The translations under genes and the position numbers were made by a program. Below, piece by piece: positions 28,836 to 37,786 of a stretch of 50,735 bases of DNA. Under the pieces are notes generated by a model. The model saw only the letters and a program-made list of their open reading frames with translations. It did no database searches and was not told the origin of the DNA. The number at the start of each line of letters is the position of its first letter. Position 1 is the stretch's first letter. The stretch spans positions 1 to 50,735 of the forward strand of contig JAZDCZ010000411.1 in NCBI GenBank assembly GCA_036679605.1, in the 5' to 3' direction. Source of the stretch: Gemmatimonadota bacterium. Lineage in GTDB: Bacteria; Gemmatimonadota; Gemmatimonadetes; Gemmatimonadales; GWC2-71-9.

Positions 28836-30067
28836 CTGAGGTCGTCTCTTCGCAACGGCATCGTCATGCACCGGGGGCCGCCTCCACCCCTAACCAGCTC
28901 CGCACCCTCGATAGTAATGATCGCACGCTCGTCGTCGCCCAGTTGTCTCTCCCCAGTCAAGAAATCGACGGACGGGATAACGACAAACCCAGCTTTTTCG
29001 AATTCCTCGAGCGTTACCTCGTTGCGAGCGAAGCCCATGACAACCCCGGGCCGGACAGCAAACAGATTGCAACCCGATGCCCACTGCTCGCGCTCCTGTA
29101 CAGAACGCCGCGTCCCGCCGCAGAGTATAGGCTCTAATGGAAAATCGACTGTCTTCAGTGCCGAGAAGAAATCGGACATCTCGTTGACACTCGCGCGACC
29201 TTTCTTGCGATGCAGCACCGCCAATCTCCCTGGTCCCGTAAAATGCGGTGGAAAGATGATACACTGTCCGATATCCACCTGCGTAAAAATCATGTCCATG
29301 TGGATCGCCACCCGTTCGTCCGGCATTACGACCACCAGTACGTCGGTCACGGGTGTCTGCTCGAATAAACTCTCACAGAGATCATCGAGGGCGTCGGGGC
29401 TGGAGCGCGCGCTAAACCCCAACAGAACCAGATCTCGCCTCAGAGGATGAACGTCTCCGCCTTCCAAACTGTAGGTAGGTCGTCGCTCGGTAGATCCGTC
29501 GTACAACAGCCCGGCATTCTCAAACGCGGAGTGGTAACGGAAGAGAAGATTGATCAATAGTTCTTCGCTCCATCTGGCACCATGCCGCATCGAACCGATC
29601 GCCACATGATCGCCGATCACAATACCGACATCCCGAGTAAAAAACAGGTTTGGTACGGGCGGGAGTGCATAGCCCACTTCGTTCAGCACCTTACCGATCG
29701 GGCCCGCCTCCTGTTCAGCACCCTCGACCAAAAGCGATACCAGCTCTTCGGCCGGCAGATCCGACAGTCGTTCGACTAAGGCGTCGGAAGGAATGATGTC
29801 GCGCGTATGCGAGACAAGAAAATCGCGCACGTGGCCATGTTCAAGAACTTCTTGCAGTGATTCCCTGACCTTGAGCACCTCGGCAAACCGTTCGAGCACC
29901 GCTACCATTCTGCAGTGTTCACGATGCGCGAATTCCAGGTCGATCAGGTCGTCGTAGAGGTACTCCTCTCGGGTGCTCGGCGTCACCGCCTGGAGTTCCT
30001 TCCCTGGAGGGTGTACCAAAACGGCCCTTAACGGGCCGATCTCGGAGGTAACTTGAACCGGAGTCAT
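28832..30067 (-). CDS. arcA: Arginine deiminase
   Basis: 'SEIGPLRAVLVHPPG', 'PNLFFTRD', 'LEGGD', 'IHMD', 'REQW', and the catalytic Cys in 'RGGGGPRCMTMP'. Confidence 0.92.
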   Translation of the reverse strand: MTPVQVTSEIGPLRAVLVHPPGKELQAVTPSTREEYLYDDLIDLEFAHREHCRMVAVLERFAEVLKVRESLQEVLEHGHVRDFLVSHTRDIIPSDALVERLSDLPAEELVSLLVEGAEQEAGPIGKVLNEVGYALPPVPNLFFTRDVGIVIGDHVAIGSMRHGARWSEELLINLLFRYHSAFENAGLLYDGSTERRPTYSLEGGDVHPLRRDLVLLGFSARSSPDALDDLCESLFEQTPVTDVLVVVMPDERVAIHMDMIFTQVDIGQCIIFPPHFTGPGRLAVLHRKKGRASVNEMSDFFSALKTVDFPLEPILCGGTRRSVQEREQWASGCNLFAVRPGVVMGFARNEVTLEEFEKAGFVVIPSVDFLTGERQLGDDERAIITIEGAELVRGGGGPRCMTMPLRRDDLS

Positions 30068-30170
30068 GCTCGTAATCTAGCTGTTTTTCAGCTGTTCCCC
30101 GAATTCCTCGAGGAACCTGAGATAGAGTGACGGTCTGCTGACGGTAGATTCTGCAATGGGTCGCATGATA

Positions 30171-30188
30171 TTGTGAATTTTTTCACAA
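30171..30188. promoter_or_regulatory. Palindromic operator TTGTGAA-N4-TTCACAA (Rex consensus; also CRP/ArcR-type TGTGA-N6-TCACA)
   Basis: Exact sequence TTGTGAATTTTTTCACAA in the rsmA-arcA gap. Confidence 0.8.
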
Positions 30189-30189
30189 C

Positions 30190-31002
30190 TTACATGGAGT
30201 CGGATGTGTCCGTCAACGACTCAAACGTCCGAAACAGTCTCACGAAGTCCGCCGGCGTGGCGACTTCCGCACGCTGAGTCGGATCAAGCCCCAGATCACA
30301 AACCACTGTCTCCACACGCTCACGTGTCTCTCCCGTGACGCTCCGCAGGCTGCGTGTGAGCTGCTTGCGTCGCTGCGAGAACATGGCTGTTACGAATCGG
30401 CGGAACCCTTCACGCTCCGATCGATCTACCGACGGATCGATCGATGGGACTATCCGGACGACCGCCGAGTTGACATTGGGCGGAGGTTGAAACGAACCCG
30501 GCTTGACTGTAAACAGACGCTCGACCGCAGCGACGGTCTGCACACCCACCGAGAGGGCACCGTACGTCTTGTTTCCCGGCGATGCGGTCAGCCGATCCGC
30601 TACCTCTTGTTGCATCAATATCACGATCACCTCAGGTTCGGGCGGGGCAAGCGCCTTGTCTATGAGAGGACTCGTTATGTAGTAGGGAATGTTACCGATG
30701 ACCTTGAACGGTCCGGCCGGATATTCCAACAAACTATGCCAGTCGATCTCCAGGGCGTCACCCTCGACCACAGTGACGTTCGGGGAAGAGCCCGGTCCCG
30801 CTTCCCGCAGCTTCTGAACCAGCGCTGCGTCGGCCTCGATCGCCACGACCTGTCCGACTTTTTCGGCGAGCCGTCGAGTCAAACTTCCCCGCCCAGGTCC
30901 GATCTCTATAACCGTGTCCGATATGGCTGGGTCTAGCGCGGCAACGATTCGGTCGAGAATCGCCGGATCAGAGAGAAAATGTTGACCTAGTCTGCGACCC
31001 AC
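30190..31002 (-). CDS. rsmA: 16S rRNA m6,2A1518/1519 dimethyltransferase KsgA
   Basis: Motifs 'LGQHFL', 'EIGPGRG', 'GNIPYYITSP', 'FQPPPNVNSAVV'. Confidence 0.96.
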   Translation of the reverse strand: MGRRLGQHFLSDPAILDRIVAALDPAISDTVIEIGPGRGSLTRRLAEKVGQVVAIEADAALVQKLREAGPGSSPNVTVVEGDALEIDWHSLLEYPAGPFKVIGNIPYYITSPLIDKALAPPEPEVIVILMQQEVADRLTASPGNKTYGALSVGVQTVAAVERLFTVKPGSFQPPPNVNSAVVRIVPSIDPSVDRSEREGFRRFVTAMFSQRRKQLTRSLRSVTGETRERVETVVCDLGLDPTQRAEVATPADFVRLFRTFESLTDTSDSM

Positions 31003-32574
31003 TCAGGCTCTTAGGATTACGACAGAGCGGTCGTCCGATATTACGCTGGTGAACTCCGTCACAGCGTTCATCACTCCCGCGACCATCTGCTCGGTGGACG
31101 ATTCACGATTGTGCTCTATGATATCGAGGACACGATCCTCTCCAAACTGTTCACCCGCTTCGTTGACGGCGTCCGCAATTCCGTCAGAAAACAGTACGAG
31201 CAGGTCCTCGTCTGCCTTCCACGTGGTTTCGCTAGCGGCGATGTCGGTTTCCTCCGCTAGCCCGAGCGGCGGATTGGTAGCCCCAAGCCGTTCCCTAGCT
31301 CCACCGCGCAGCATCTTGAATGCGTGCGGATGTCCGGCATTGGCATATCTAAGGATCTTATTGGCACGATCGGCGACGCCATAGAAGACAGCCAGGTGCA
31401 TCTCCGTTTCGGCCAGCTCGTTACCAATCGATTCCAGGAGGCCGCGCAACGCGTCATCCGGTGTCATCGCCTCGGCAGCATGGATGCCGGCAGCAGACAT
31501 CGCGAGAGCCATAATGAGTGCCGACGAGAAGCCGTGGGACGACACATCTCCCAACATGACTCCCAGCCGTCCCTGGGGAAGTCTCACGAAGTTGTAGAAA
31601 TCGCCCCCAACACTTTCTGCCGGCTGGAAGTGGGCCGCGGCGTCGACCTTAGAGCCTAGAATCGCAGGAGACGGCAACAGCTTGAGCTGGAGATCATGTG
31701 CCAGTTCCAGTTCCTGCCCTATGCGTTGCTGCTCGAGATCGCGTGCCACAAGTCTGGCGTTCTCGACAGCGGCTCCAATCTGACTCGCAGCCGCTTGGAC
31801 CAACCTTCTCTCGCCTCCACTGAACGCGTCGGTCCCAATTCGATCTGTCAGGTTGATGATGCCGACCGGTCTATGTTCACCGTCCTGCCCGGGGTACGTG
31901 ATCGGTACCGATAGAAACGCGGTCCCCCGGTATTCTCGATCCTCACCGCACTCCGGTTTCTGCGATTCCGGATCGCGCGGGTCATGCATCATGGTACGCC
32001 CCTCACGAAATACTCTTGCTGCGATCGAGCATTCGTCGGAAACCGGCAGCGGCGCGAACCGAACCACATCACGTCCCACATAGGCCACCGCCCGAAGACA
32101 ATCGGTGTCGGGATCGTGAACCAAAATGGAGGCCTGCTGTGCGCCAACCACAGCGCTCACCGCGTTTACGATCTTCTGGGCTGCTTCCTCTAGTCGGATC
32201 GTGCGCCCCAAGGTCTCGGTAATTGTGTAGAGTAGTTCGATTTCCTCGTACAGCGAAGCGAGTTGCTTCGACAACCGAAGCGTGTCACGCTCGCGGCCAA
32301 GGATATCGGACAACATTGGCCCCAGCTGCTCAGAGGTTTCGGCCGCTTCTCGGGCGGACTCGACGATCTCGTACCAGTAACCTTCCAGGAGGGGAACCGG
32401 TACCACGAATCGTGAGAGATCGGAGGGCACGACATTGCCATCTGGATCCACGTCGACTCTCGGTGCCTGCACGCCATTACTGGCCAACACCGGCCTGAGG
32501 CGGCCACGCCCGAACCGCCAGACTCGGATGGTACAGCCGAGTAGCGTGCCCAGACCGTGGAGGATCGACTCCAG
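31003..32574 (-). CDS. GAF-domain PP2C/SpoIIE serine phosphatase (RsbU-like); start uncertain (CTG 32574 or GTG 32490)
   Basis: GAF region, then 'VGGDFYN', 'GDVSSHG', 'YANAGHP', 'FSDGI', 'DDRS'. Confidence 0.88.
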   Translation of the reverse strand: MESILHGLGTLLGCTIRVWRFGRGRLRPVLASNGVQAPRVDVDPDGNVVPSDLSRFVVPVPLLEGYWYEIVESAREAAETSEQLGPMLSDILGRERDTLRLSKQLASLYEEIELLYTITETLGRTIRLEEAAQKIVNAVSAVVGAQQASILVHDPDTDCLRAVAYVGRDVVRFAPLPVSDECSIAARVFREGRTMMHDPRDPESQKPECGEDREYRGTAFLSVPITYPGQDGEHRPVGIINLTDRIGTDAFSGGERRLVQAAASQIGAAVENARLVARDLEQQRIGQELELAHDLQLKLLPSPAILGSKVDAAAHFQPAESVGGDFYNFVRLPQGRLGVMLGDVSSHGFSSALIMALAMSAAGIHAAEAMTPDDALRGLLESIGNELAETEMHLAVFYGVADRANKILRYANAGHPHAFKMLRGGARERLGATNPPLGLAEETDIAASETTWKADEDLLVLFSDGIADAVNEAGEQFGEDRVLDIIEHNRESSTEQMVAGVMNAVTEFTSVISDDRSVVILRA

Positions 32575-32579
32575 TTGCT

Positions 32580-33005
32580 CTAGTCGCGGCGCATTATCAT
32601 GCAGATGGAGTTACCTCGATCGTTGAATTGAACTTCGTCAACCAACTGCTGGATCAAGAACAGTCCCCGACCATCAGTCAGCGCTATCGCTGCCGGGAGA
32701 GTAGGATCCGCTATTGCACTTGGGTCGAAGCCGTCTCCCTCGTCCTGCACGCATAGCGAAAGCGTTTCCCCCTCGGCCTCCACTCGCACGTCAACGTGTT
32801 TTTCAGGATCCAGCTGATTCCCATAAACGATCGCGTTCGCCAGAGCCTCGGAGAGCGCTACCCTGAGGTTGAATCGCGCAGTGTGGGGTGACAGGCCGCT
32901 GGCGAGACAGTGCCTCGCCACAAGATCCACGGCCTCCTCTACAACGTCCAGGTCCGTCGGCACCCTGAGGGAAATGGTCACGCGTCGACGCGCCGGGGTC
33001 GGCAT
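32580..33005 (-). CDS. Anti-sigma factor serine kinase (RsbW/SpoIIAB-like HATPase_c)
   Basis: N-box 'EALANAIVYGN', G1 'DEGDGFDP', G2 'GRGLFLI'. Start at ATG 33005 after GAGGA. Confidence 0.88.
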   Translation of the reverse strand: MPTPARRRVTISLRVPTDLDVVEEAVDLVARHCLASGLSPHTARFNLRVALSEALANAIVYGNQLDPEKHVDVRVEAEGETLSLCVQDEGDGFDPSAIADPTLPAAIALTDGRGLFLIQQLVDEVQFNDRGNSICMIMRRD

Positions 33006-33054
33006 GGAGTCCTCGGTGCGACGGACACAAAGCCTGAGCGGCGCCGTCACAGGC

Positions 33055-33393
33055 TCAGAATGCTGCCAGGGATTCTTCTGGAGTACTATCGATCGAGAAC
33101 AGCGTATCTAGCTTTGTCAGCTCAAACAGAGTTCGCAAATCGTCGTTCAAGCCTGCCAACCTGAGCGTACCGTCGGCCTCAGTCACCTTCTTGGAAAGCG
33201 ACACCAGCGCTCCCAAGCCCGAGGAATCGATATATCCCGTACTCGAGAAATCAATCAGGAACTTCTTCCCTCCATCATCGAGAGCTTCGAGCACCTTTTG
33301 CTTCAACTCTTGCCGATTCCCCACGATTAGTTGGCCGTCGACACCCACGATGACCACGCCTTTTTCTTCTTCTTTTCGGACAGTAAAGCTCAT
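33055..33393 (-). CDS. STAS-domain anti-anti-sigma factor (RsbV/SpoIIAA-like)
   Basis: Phospho-Ser motif 'YIDSSGLGALV' and 'LFELTKLD'. Confidence 0.92.
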   Translation of the reverse strand: MSFTVRKEEEKGVVIVGVDGQLIVGNRQELKQKVLEALDDGGKKFLIDFSSTGYIDSSGLGALVSLSKKVTEADGTLRLAGLNDDLRTLFELTKLDTLFSIDSTPEESLAAF

Positions 33394-34379
33394 TTCTCCC
33401 CCCGTGGCACGTTCTGTAGCGACCGCTTGGACTGAAGTACGGCGACCGCAGCGACATCGACGATGTCTTGGGCAGTAGCACCGCGCGATAGATCAGCCAT
33501 CGGTTTCAACAAGCCCTGAATGACCGGTCCGACGGCGTCCGCACCGGCTAACCTCTGAATCAGTTTGTATGCTATGTTCCCGCTGTCAAGGTCAGGAAAG
33601 ACCAAGATGTTGGCTCTCCCACCTACCGGCGACCCTGGAGCCTTGCGAATCGCCACATCTGGCACCAGGGCGGCGTCACCCTGAAGCTCTCCGTCGCAGG
33701 CCACATCCGGGCACAATTTGCGGAATAATCCGACCGCCTCGCGAACCTTGTCGACCCTGGAGCCGGCAGCGCTTCCCTTGGTGCTGTACGAAAGAAATGC
33801 CACGGCCGGCTCATCGCCAACCACCAGACGCCGATCGTGCACAGCCGCGGCGGCGATCTCGGCGAGCTGCTCTGCTGTCGGATCTGGGACAACAGCGGAA
33901 TCCGTAAACGTGATTACTCGATCTTCGGATTCGGCCCTAGATCCAGAGAAAACACCGAAACGGGGATCGGTAAAAGTCATGTAAAATGCGCTGCTTACTG
34001 TTGTGATCCCCTTGGCCGGTCCAATGGCCCATAGGGCCGCCCGGAGGACATCGGCGGTGGGATGCACGGCTCCCGCCACGGCTGCGTCCGCCTGGCCGGT
34101 TGCCACGAGGCCTGCCGCGAACAGGAGAGGGTTCCTGATGAGTTCCACTGCATGGGCTCGGTCCCGCACCTTGTCCGGTCGGCGACCCAACAGGAGTTCC
34201 ACGATATCGTCCGCCCGCGGATCTCGCTCTACTGACCGATCGAGGGTCTCGACCCGCGCCATCTCGGCGGCCTCGATGGTGGTCACGGCGTCCTGAACCC
34301 GCTCGTCCCAGCCTTCTGCCAGTACTATGGTAGCGCCGGCCTGAGAAGCTCGGAAACGGAGATCGTTACGGAAACTCAA
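33390..34379 (-). CDS. pta: Phosphate acetyltransferase (short PTA_PTB type)
   Basis: Motifs 'AFLSYSTKGS', 'DGELQGDAAL', 'ANILVFPDLDSGNIAYK', 'DLSRG'. Confidence 0.9.
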   Translation of the reverse strand: MSFRNDLRFRASQAGATIVLAEGWDERVQDAVTTIEAAEMARVETLDRSVERDPRADDIVELLLGRRPDKVRDRAHAVELIRNPLLFAAGLVATGQADAAVAGAVHPTADVLRAALWAIGPAKGITTVSSAFYMTFTDPRFGVFSGSRAESEDRVITFTDSAVVPDPTAEQLAEIAAAAVHDRRLVVGDEPAVAFLSYSTKGSAAGSRVDKVREAVGLFRKLCPDVACDGELQGDAALVPDVAIRKAPGSPVGGRANILVFPDLDSGNIAYKLIQRLAGADAVGPVIQGLLKPMADLSRGATAQDIVDVAAVAVLQSKRSLQNVPRGEK

Positions 34380-34858
34380 TTACCCAGTTTCGACCTCAGG
34401 GCACGATCGACGACCGGATGGACGAACTCACTTACATCGCCACCCAATTGTGCGACCTCACGCACAAGACTGGAACTCAGGAAGGTGAGGTGCACGGATG
34501 GAGTCAGGAACAGAGTCTCGAGATCATTGTGCATTTGCCGATTCATCAGAGCCATCTGAAACTCGTACTCGAAATCGCTGACGGCCCGAAGGCCCCGCAC
34601 CACCAGCGACGCACCGGTCTGCCGCGCGAAGTCGACGAGGAGTCCGTCAAACTGCTCTACCTCGACCTTTGCTTCATCTTCGAATACCTCACGCAGCAGC
34701 TCGACTCGCTCCGCGCCGGAAAAGAGAGGTGGCTTAGAGCTGTTACCAGCGACTGCTACGACGATCCGGTCAACGAAGGCCAGGCTTCTCCAAACAATAT
34801 CTTCGTGACCCCGCGTCACCGGGTCGAACGAGCCAGGATATAGTGCGATTCGCGTCAT
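34376..34858 (-). CDS. coaD: Phosphopantetheine adenylyltransferase
   Basis: Motifs 'YPGSFDPVTRGH', 'RGLRAVSDFEYE', 'SSSLVRE'. Confidence 0.97.
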   Translation of the reverse strand: MTRIALYPGSFDPVTRGHEDIVWRSLAFVDRIVVAVAGNSSKPPLFSGAERVELLREVFEDEAKVEVEQFDGLLVDFARQTGASLVVRGLRAVSDFEYEFQMALMNRQMHNDLETLFLTPSVHLTFLSSSLVREVAQLGGDVSEFVHPVVDRALRSKLGN

Positions 34859-35370
34859 GATTCGTACAAGAACGTAAGGGCTATGTCGCCATAAAGTCGA
34901 GTCTCATCGCCCGACAATTCCAGTGAGCTTCGGTGCTCGATCACGAGCACACGGCAGAAGGCTTGATTTCTAAAGGTAGCTTGCAGCTTCAAGGCCTGGT
35001 CGGTCGGAAAAGGTGGATCTGCAAACCCGATGTCGTAGGCAGTCTGTTCCAACCCCGCCGTGAATCTTAGGGCGTCGCCGCGGTTCACCCGAGTGATCGC
35101 CTCTACTCCAAGAGTTGCAACATTGCTGTTGATCGTTAGGACCGATGTGCGCGACACCTCAACAAAATCTGCACTCGTCGCTCCACGAGAAAGGGCTTCC
35201 AGTCCCAACACACCCGAGCCGGCGAATAAGTCAAGCACGCGTGAACCCTCGATAGAAGGCGCTAGAATACTGAACCAAGCCTCTCGCACCCGTTCTGTCG
35301 TCAAGCGCACCCGCCGATCGGGCGGCGACTTGAGCCTCCGACCCTTGAATCGCCCGGCAATAATGCGCAT
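34855..35370 (-). CDS. rsmD: 16S rRNA m2G966 methyltransferase
   Basis: Motifs 'MRIIAGRFKGR', 'VREAWFSIL', 'LDLFAGSG…EALSRGA', 'DPPF'. Confidence 0.92.
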   Translation of the reverse strand: MRIIAGRFKGRRLKSPPDRRVRLTTERVREAWFSILAPSIEGSRVLDLFAGSGVLGLEALSRGATSADFVEVSRTSVLTINSNVATLGVEAITRVNRGDALRFTAGLEQTAYDIGFADPPFPTDQALKLQATFRNQAFCRVLVIEHRSSLELSGDETRLYGDIALTFLYES

Positions 35371-37076
35371 CAGTCAGCAGGCTTCATCTGAACGACGCGG
35401 GCCTGAAGCGTACTCGTGCCACGCCATTCATTTCTGTCGAGCTTCAGTGCTACATCTACAGGGTTGCGCCACCACTCCCCTTCCAGACGGTCCCACCACC
35501 CGAACCCGATCGCCGGAATGCTTGAGGTACCGTCGTCAAGCGTGAACTTCAGATGACCGGTTCCTACTTCCTTGGGGGACCGTGCAAAGGCCTTCTCGAC
35601 TCCGAGTACCGGTGCGGGATTGCCTGACCCGCACGGCTCCAGATGACGCATCAAACGCTCCAACCGATCGTCCAGGGCATCGATCGACCCGACTAGATCT
35701 ACGCGCTGCGTCGGGACGAGGTCGTCAGGTGTCAGTTGCGATCGTGCGACCTCGTTGAAGCAGTCGCTGAATTCGTCGAGCTTGTCGCGGCGCACGCTCA
35801 ATCCGGCCGCGGCCTTGTGTCCGCCCCAACGCTCGAGATGTTGGCTGCATTTTGCGAGTGCGCCATGGAGGTCGAATGCCGGTATGCTCCTTCCCGATCC
35901 GCGCCCCTCTTCACCTTCCAACGCCACGAGGATCGTGGGCCGCGCGTAACGTTCTACCACTCTCGACGCCACTATTCCTATTACACCAGGATGCCAGCCA
36001 TCGCGCGACAATACCAATCCATATCGTTCCCGCAGGTCTACATGCTGTTCGATATCCTCCAATGCCTCATCGAGGATCCGTTCGTCGATCTCCTTCCTTC
36101 GTGCATTCATCGTGTCGAGCGATATCGCCAGTGAGTGCGATTCGCTCGGGTCGTCGGACAGCAGCAATCGTAAACCGTCCATCGCTTCGCCGATGCGGCC
36201 GACTGCGTTAAGCCTGGGAGCGAGGACGAAGCCTACCTGACCAGCTCGGATCTCCTGGCCCGACAACCCTGTCACCTCGAGCAGCGCCTTGAGCCCGGGC
36301 CATCGAGACGTGGTAATCATCTTCAGGCCGAAACGCACCAGAATTCTGTTCTCACCCGTGAGCGGTACGATGTCGGCTACCGTGGCCAGTGCCACCAGAT
36401 CCAGAAAATGGAACGGAACGCTCGCAGCGAGTCCTACCTCAGAACATAGACCCTGCGCCAATTTGAAGGCCACGCCGGTTCCACACAGACCTTTGTAGGG
36501 ATATTCGCAATCGGGGCGCCGCGGATCGACGACGGCGTCCGCGGGCGGTAGCTCCCGCGTGAGATGATGGTCGGTCACGACGACCTCGAGCCCGGCCTCT
36601 TTCGCGTTCCGGACCGCCTCCAGTGCTGTCACCCCACAGTCACACGTGATAACCATGCGCGCACCATGCTGTAGCGCGGCCGCGAGTCCAGCCGGTCCAA
36701 AATCATAGCCGTCTTTCATTCGATGCGGTACAAACGGCACGACGTCGGCCCCTGCGAGCCTGAGGAAGCGGGTAAGCAGCGCCGCCGAACATTGACCGTC
36801 CACATCGTAGTCGCCGTGAACGAGTATCTTGTCGCCGCGCCGGATCGCTGCCGCAACTAGGTCGACAGCCCGGTCCATATCCTTGAGAAGAAAAGGATCG
36901 CTGAGATCATCGAGCGTGGGACGGAGGAAATGTCGCGCACCCTCGAGCGATGAAAACCCGCGTTGTATTAGGAGTGCTGCTAGCGCCTCCGGTAGATTCA
37001 GAGCATCAGCTAGTGAACGGGCAGCCGCCGGATCGACGGCGGATACAACGTCCCATCGTGCGCTGACACCCGTCAT
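35370..37076 (-). CDS. recJ: Single-stranded-DNA exonuclease RecJ
   Basis: 'HGDYDVDG', 'ITCDCG', 'TDHH', 'PRLNAVGR', 'GVIGIVASR', 'GGHKAAAG'. Confidence 0.97.
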   Translation of the reverse strand: MTGVSARWDVVSAVDPAAARSLADALNLPEALAALLIQRGFSSLEGARHFLRPTLDDLSDPFLLKDMDRAVDLVAAAIRRGDKILVHGDYDVDGQCSAALLTRFLRLAGADVVPFVPHRMKDGYDFGPAGLAAALQHGARMVITCDCGVTALEAVRNAKEAGLEVVVTDHHLTRELPPADAVVDPRRPDCEYPYKGLCGTGVAFKLAQGLCSEVGLAASVPFHFLDLVALATVADIVPLTGENRILVRFGLKMITTSRWPGLKALLEVTGLSGQEIRAGQVGFVLAPRLNAVGRIGEAMDGLRLLLSDDPSESHSLAISLDTMNARRKEIDERILDEALEDIEQHVDLRERYGLVLSRDGWHPGVIGIVASRVVERYARPTILVALEGEEGRGSGRSIPAFDLHGALAKCSQHLERWGGHKAAAGLSVRRDKLDEFSDCFNEVARSQLTPDDLVPTQRVDLVGSIDALDDRLERLMRHLEPCGSGNPAPVLGVEKAFARSPKEVGTGHLKFTLDDGTSSIPAIGFGWWDRLEGEWWRNPVDVALKLDRNEWRGTSTLQARVVQMKPAD

Positions 37077-37786
37077 TCGTCAGTGGATTCACTATACAAC
37101 AGTACTCCACAGGCCTCGCAGTGCTCTACAACACTCCCGTTACGGATCTGCTGGAGCCTATGCTTGGGCACAGAGGTGAAACAGTGGCCGCATGCCCCAT
37201 CGTGCAGCGCGTAGAGTGCCAGTGGAGCACGTCCACGAAGAGTGCGCCGATAGATCGAGAGCATGTTGGGTTTGACATCCAGCGCCACCTTATCCCGCTC
37301 TTCGCACGCGTCAGTCAACTCCGATTCGTACTGCGTTGCGAGTTTGGCGACTTCCTCGCGCAGTGGAGCCTGAGTTTCCTCGGTTTCGCTGAACGCAGCC
37401 TCAATCTCGACTACCCGCGCCTCGGCTTCTTTCAGTCTGTCAGCCGACCGAATCCACTCGGCCTCCTCCTTCGCTAGAACACCGCGCGCAAGATCCAGTT
37501 CTGCCATAATCGTAGAAGCCTCTTTTGCTCCCTTGACCCATTCGAGCCGCTGCCGTCTACGGTCCTGCATGATTCGGTAGCTCTCGATGCGGCCTTCCGA
37601 CTCGGCGCGTTTCGCATCAGCCTCTTCGGCTCCCTTACGCGCTAACGCGAGTTGCTCACCCACAGTCTCTAACGCATGATCGAGTTCCTCGACCTTGGGA
37701 TCAAGTGATTTTAACAGATCTTCACTCGCTTTTACGACCTTGTCTTTTCCCTGCAAACGCAACAACGCCTCCAGATCAACCTTCAC
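37073..37786 (-). CDS. Coiled-coil protein with C4 zinc ribbon (DUF164/CT398-like)
   Basis: Long coiled coil, then 'CGHC…CEAC'. GGAGG lies 8 nt before the GTG at 37786. Confidence 0.88.
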   Translation of the reverse strand: MKVDLEALLRLQGKDKVVKASEDLLKSLDPKVEELDHALETVGEQLALARKGAEEADAKRAESEGRIESYRIMQDRRRQRLEWVKGAKEASTIMAELDLARGVLAKEEAEWIRSADRLKEAEARVVEIEAAFSETEETQAPLREEVAKLATQYESELTDACEERDKVALDVKPNMLSIYRRTLRGRAPLALYALHDGACGHCFTSVPKHRLQQIRNGSVVEHCEACGVLLYSESTDE

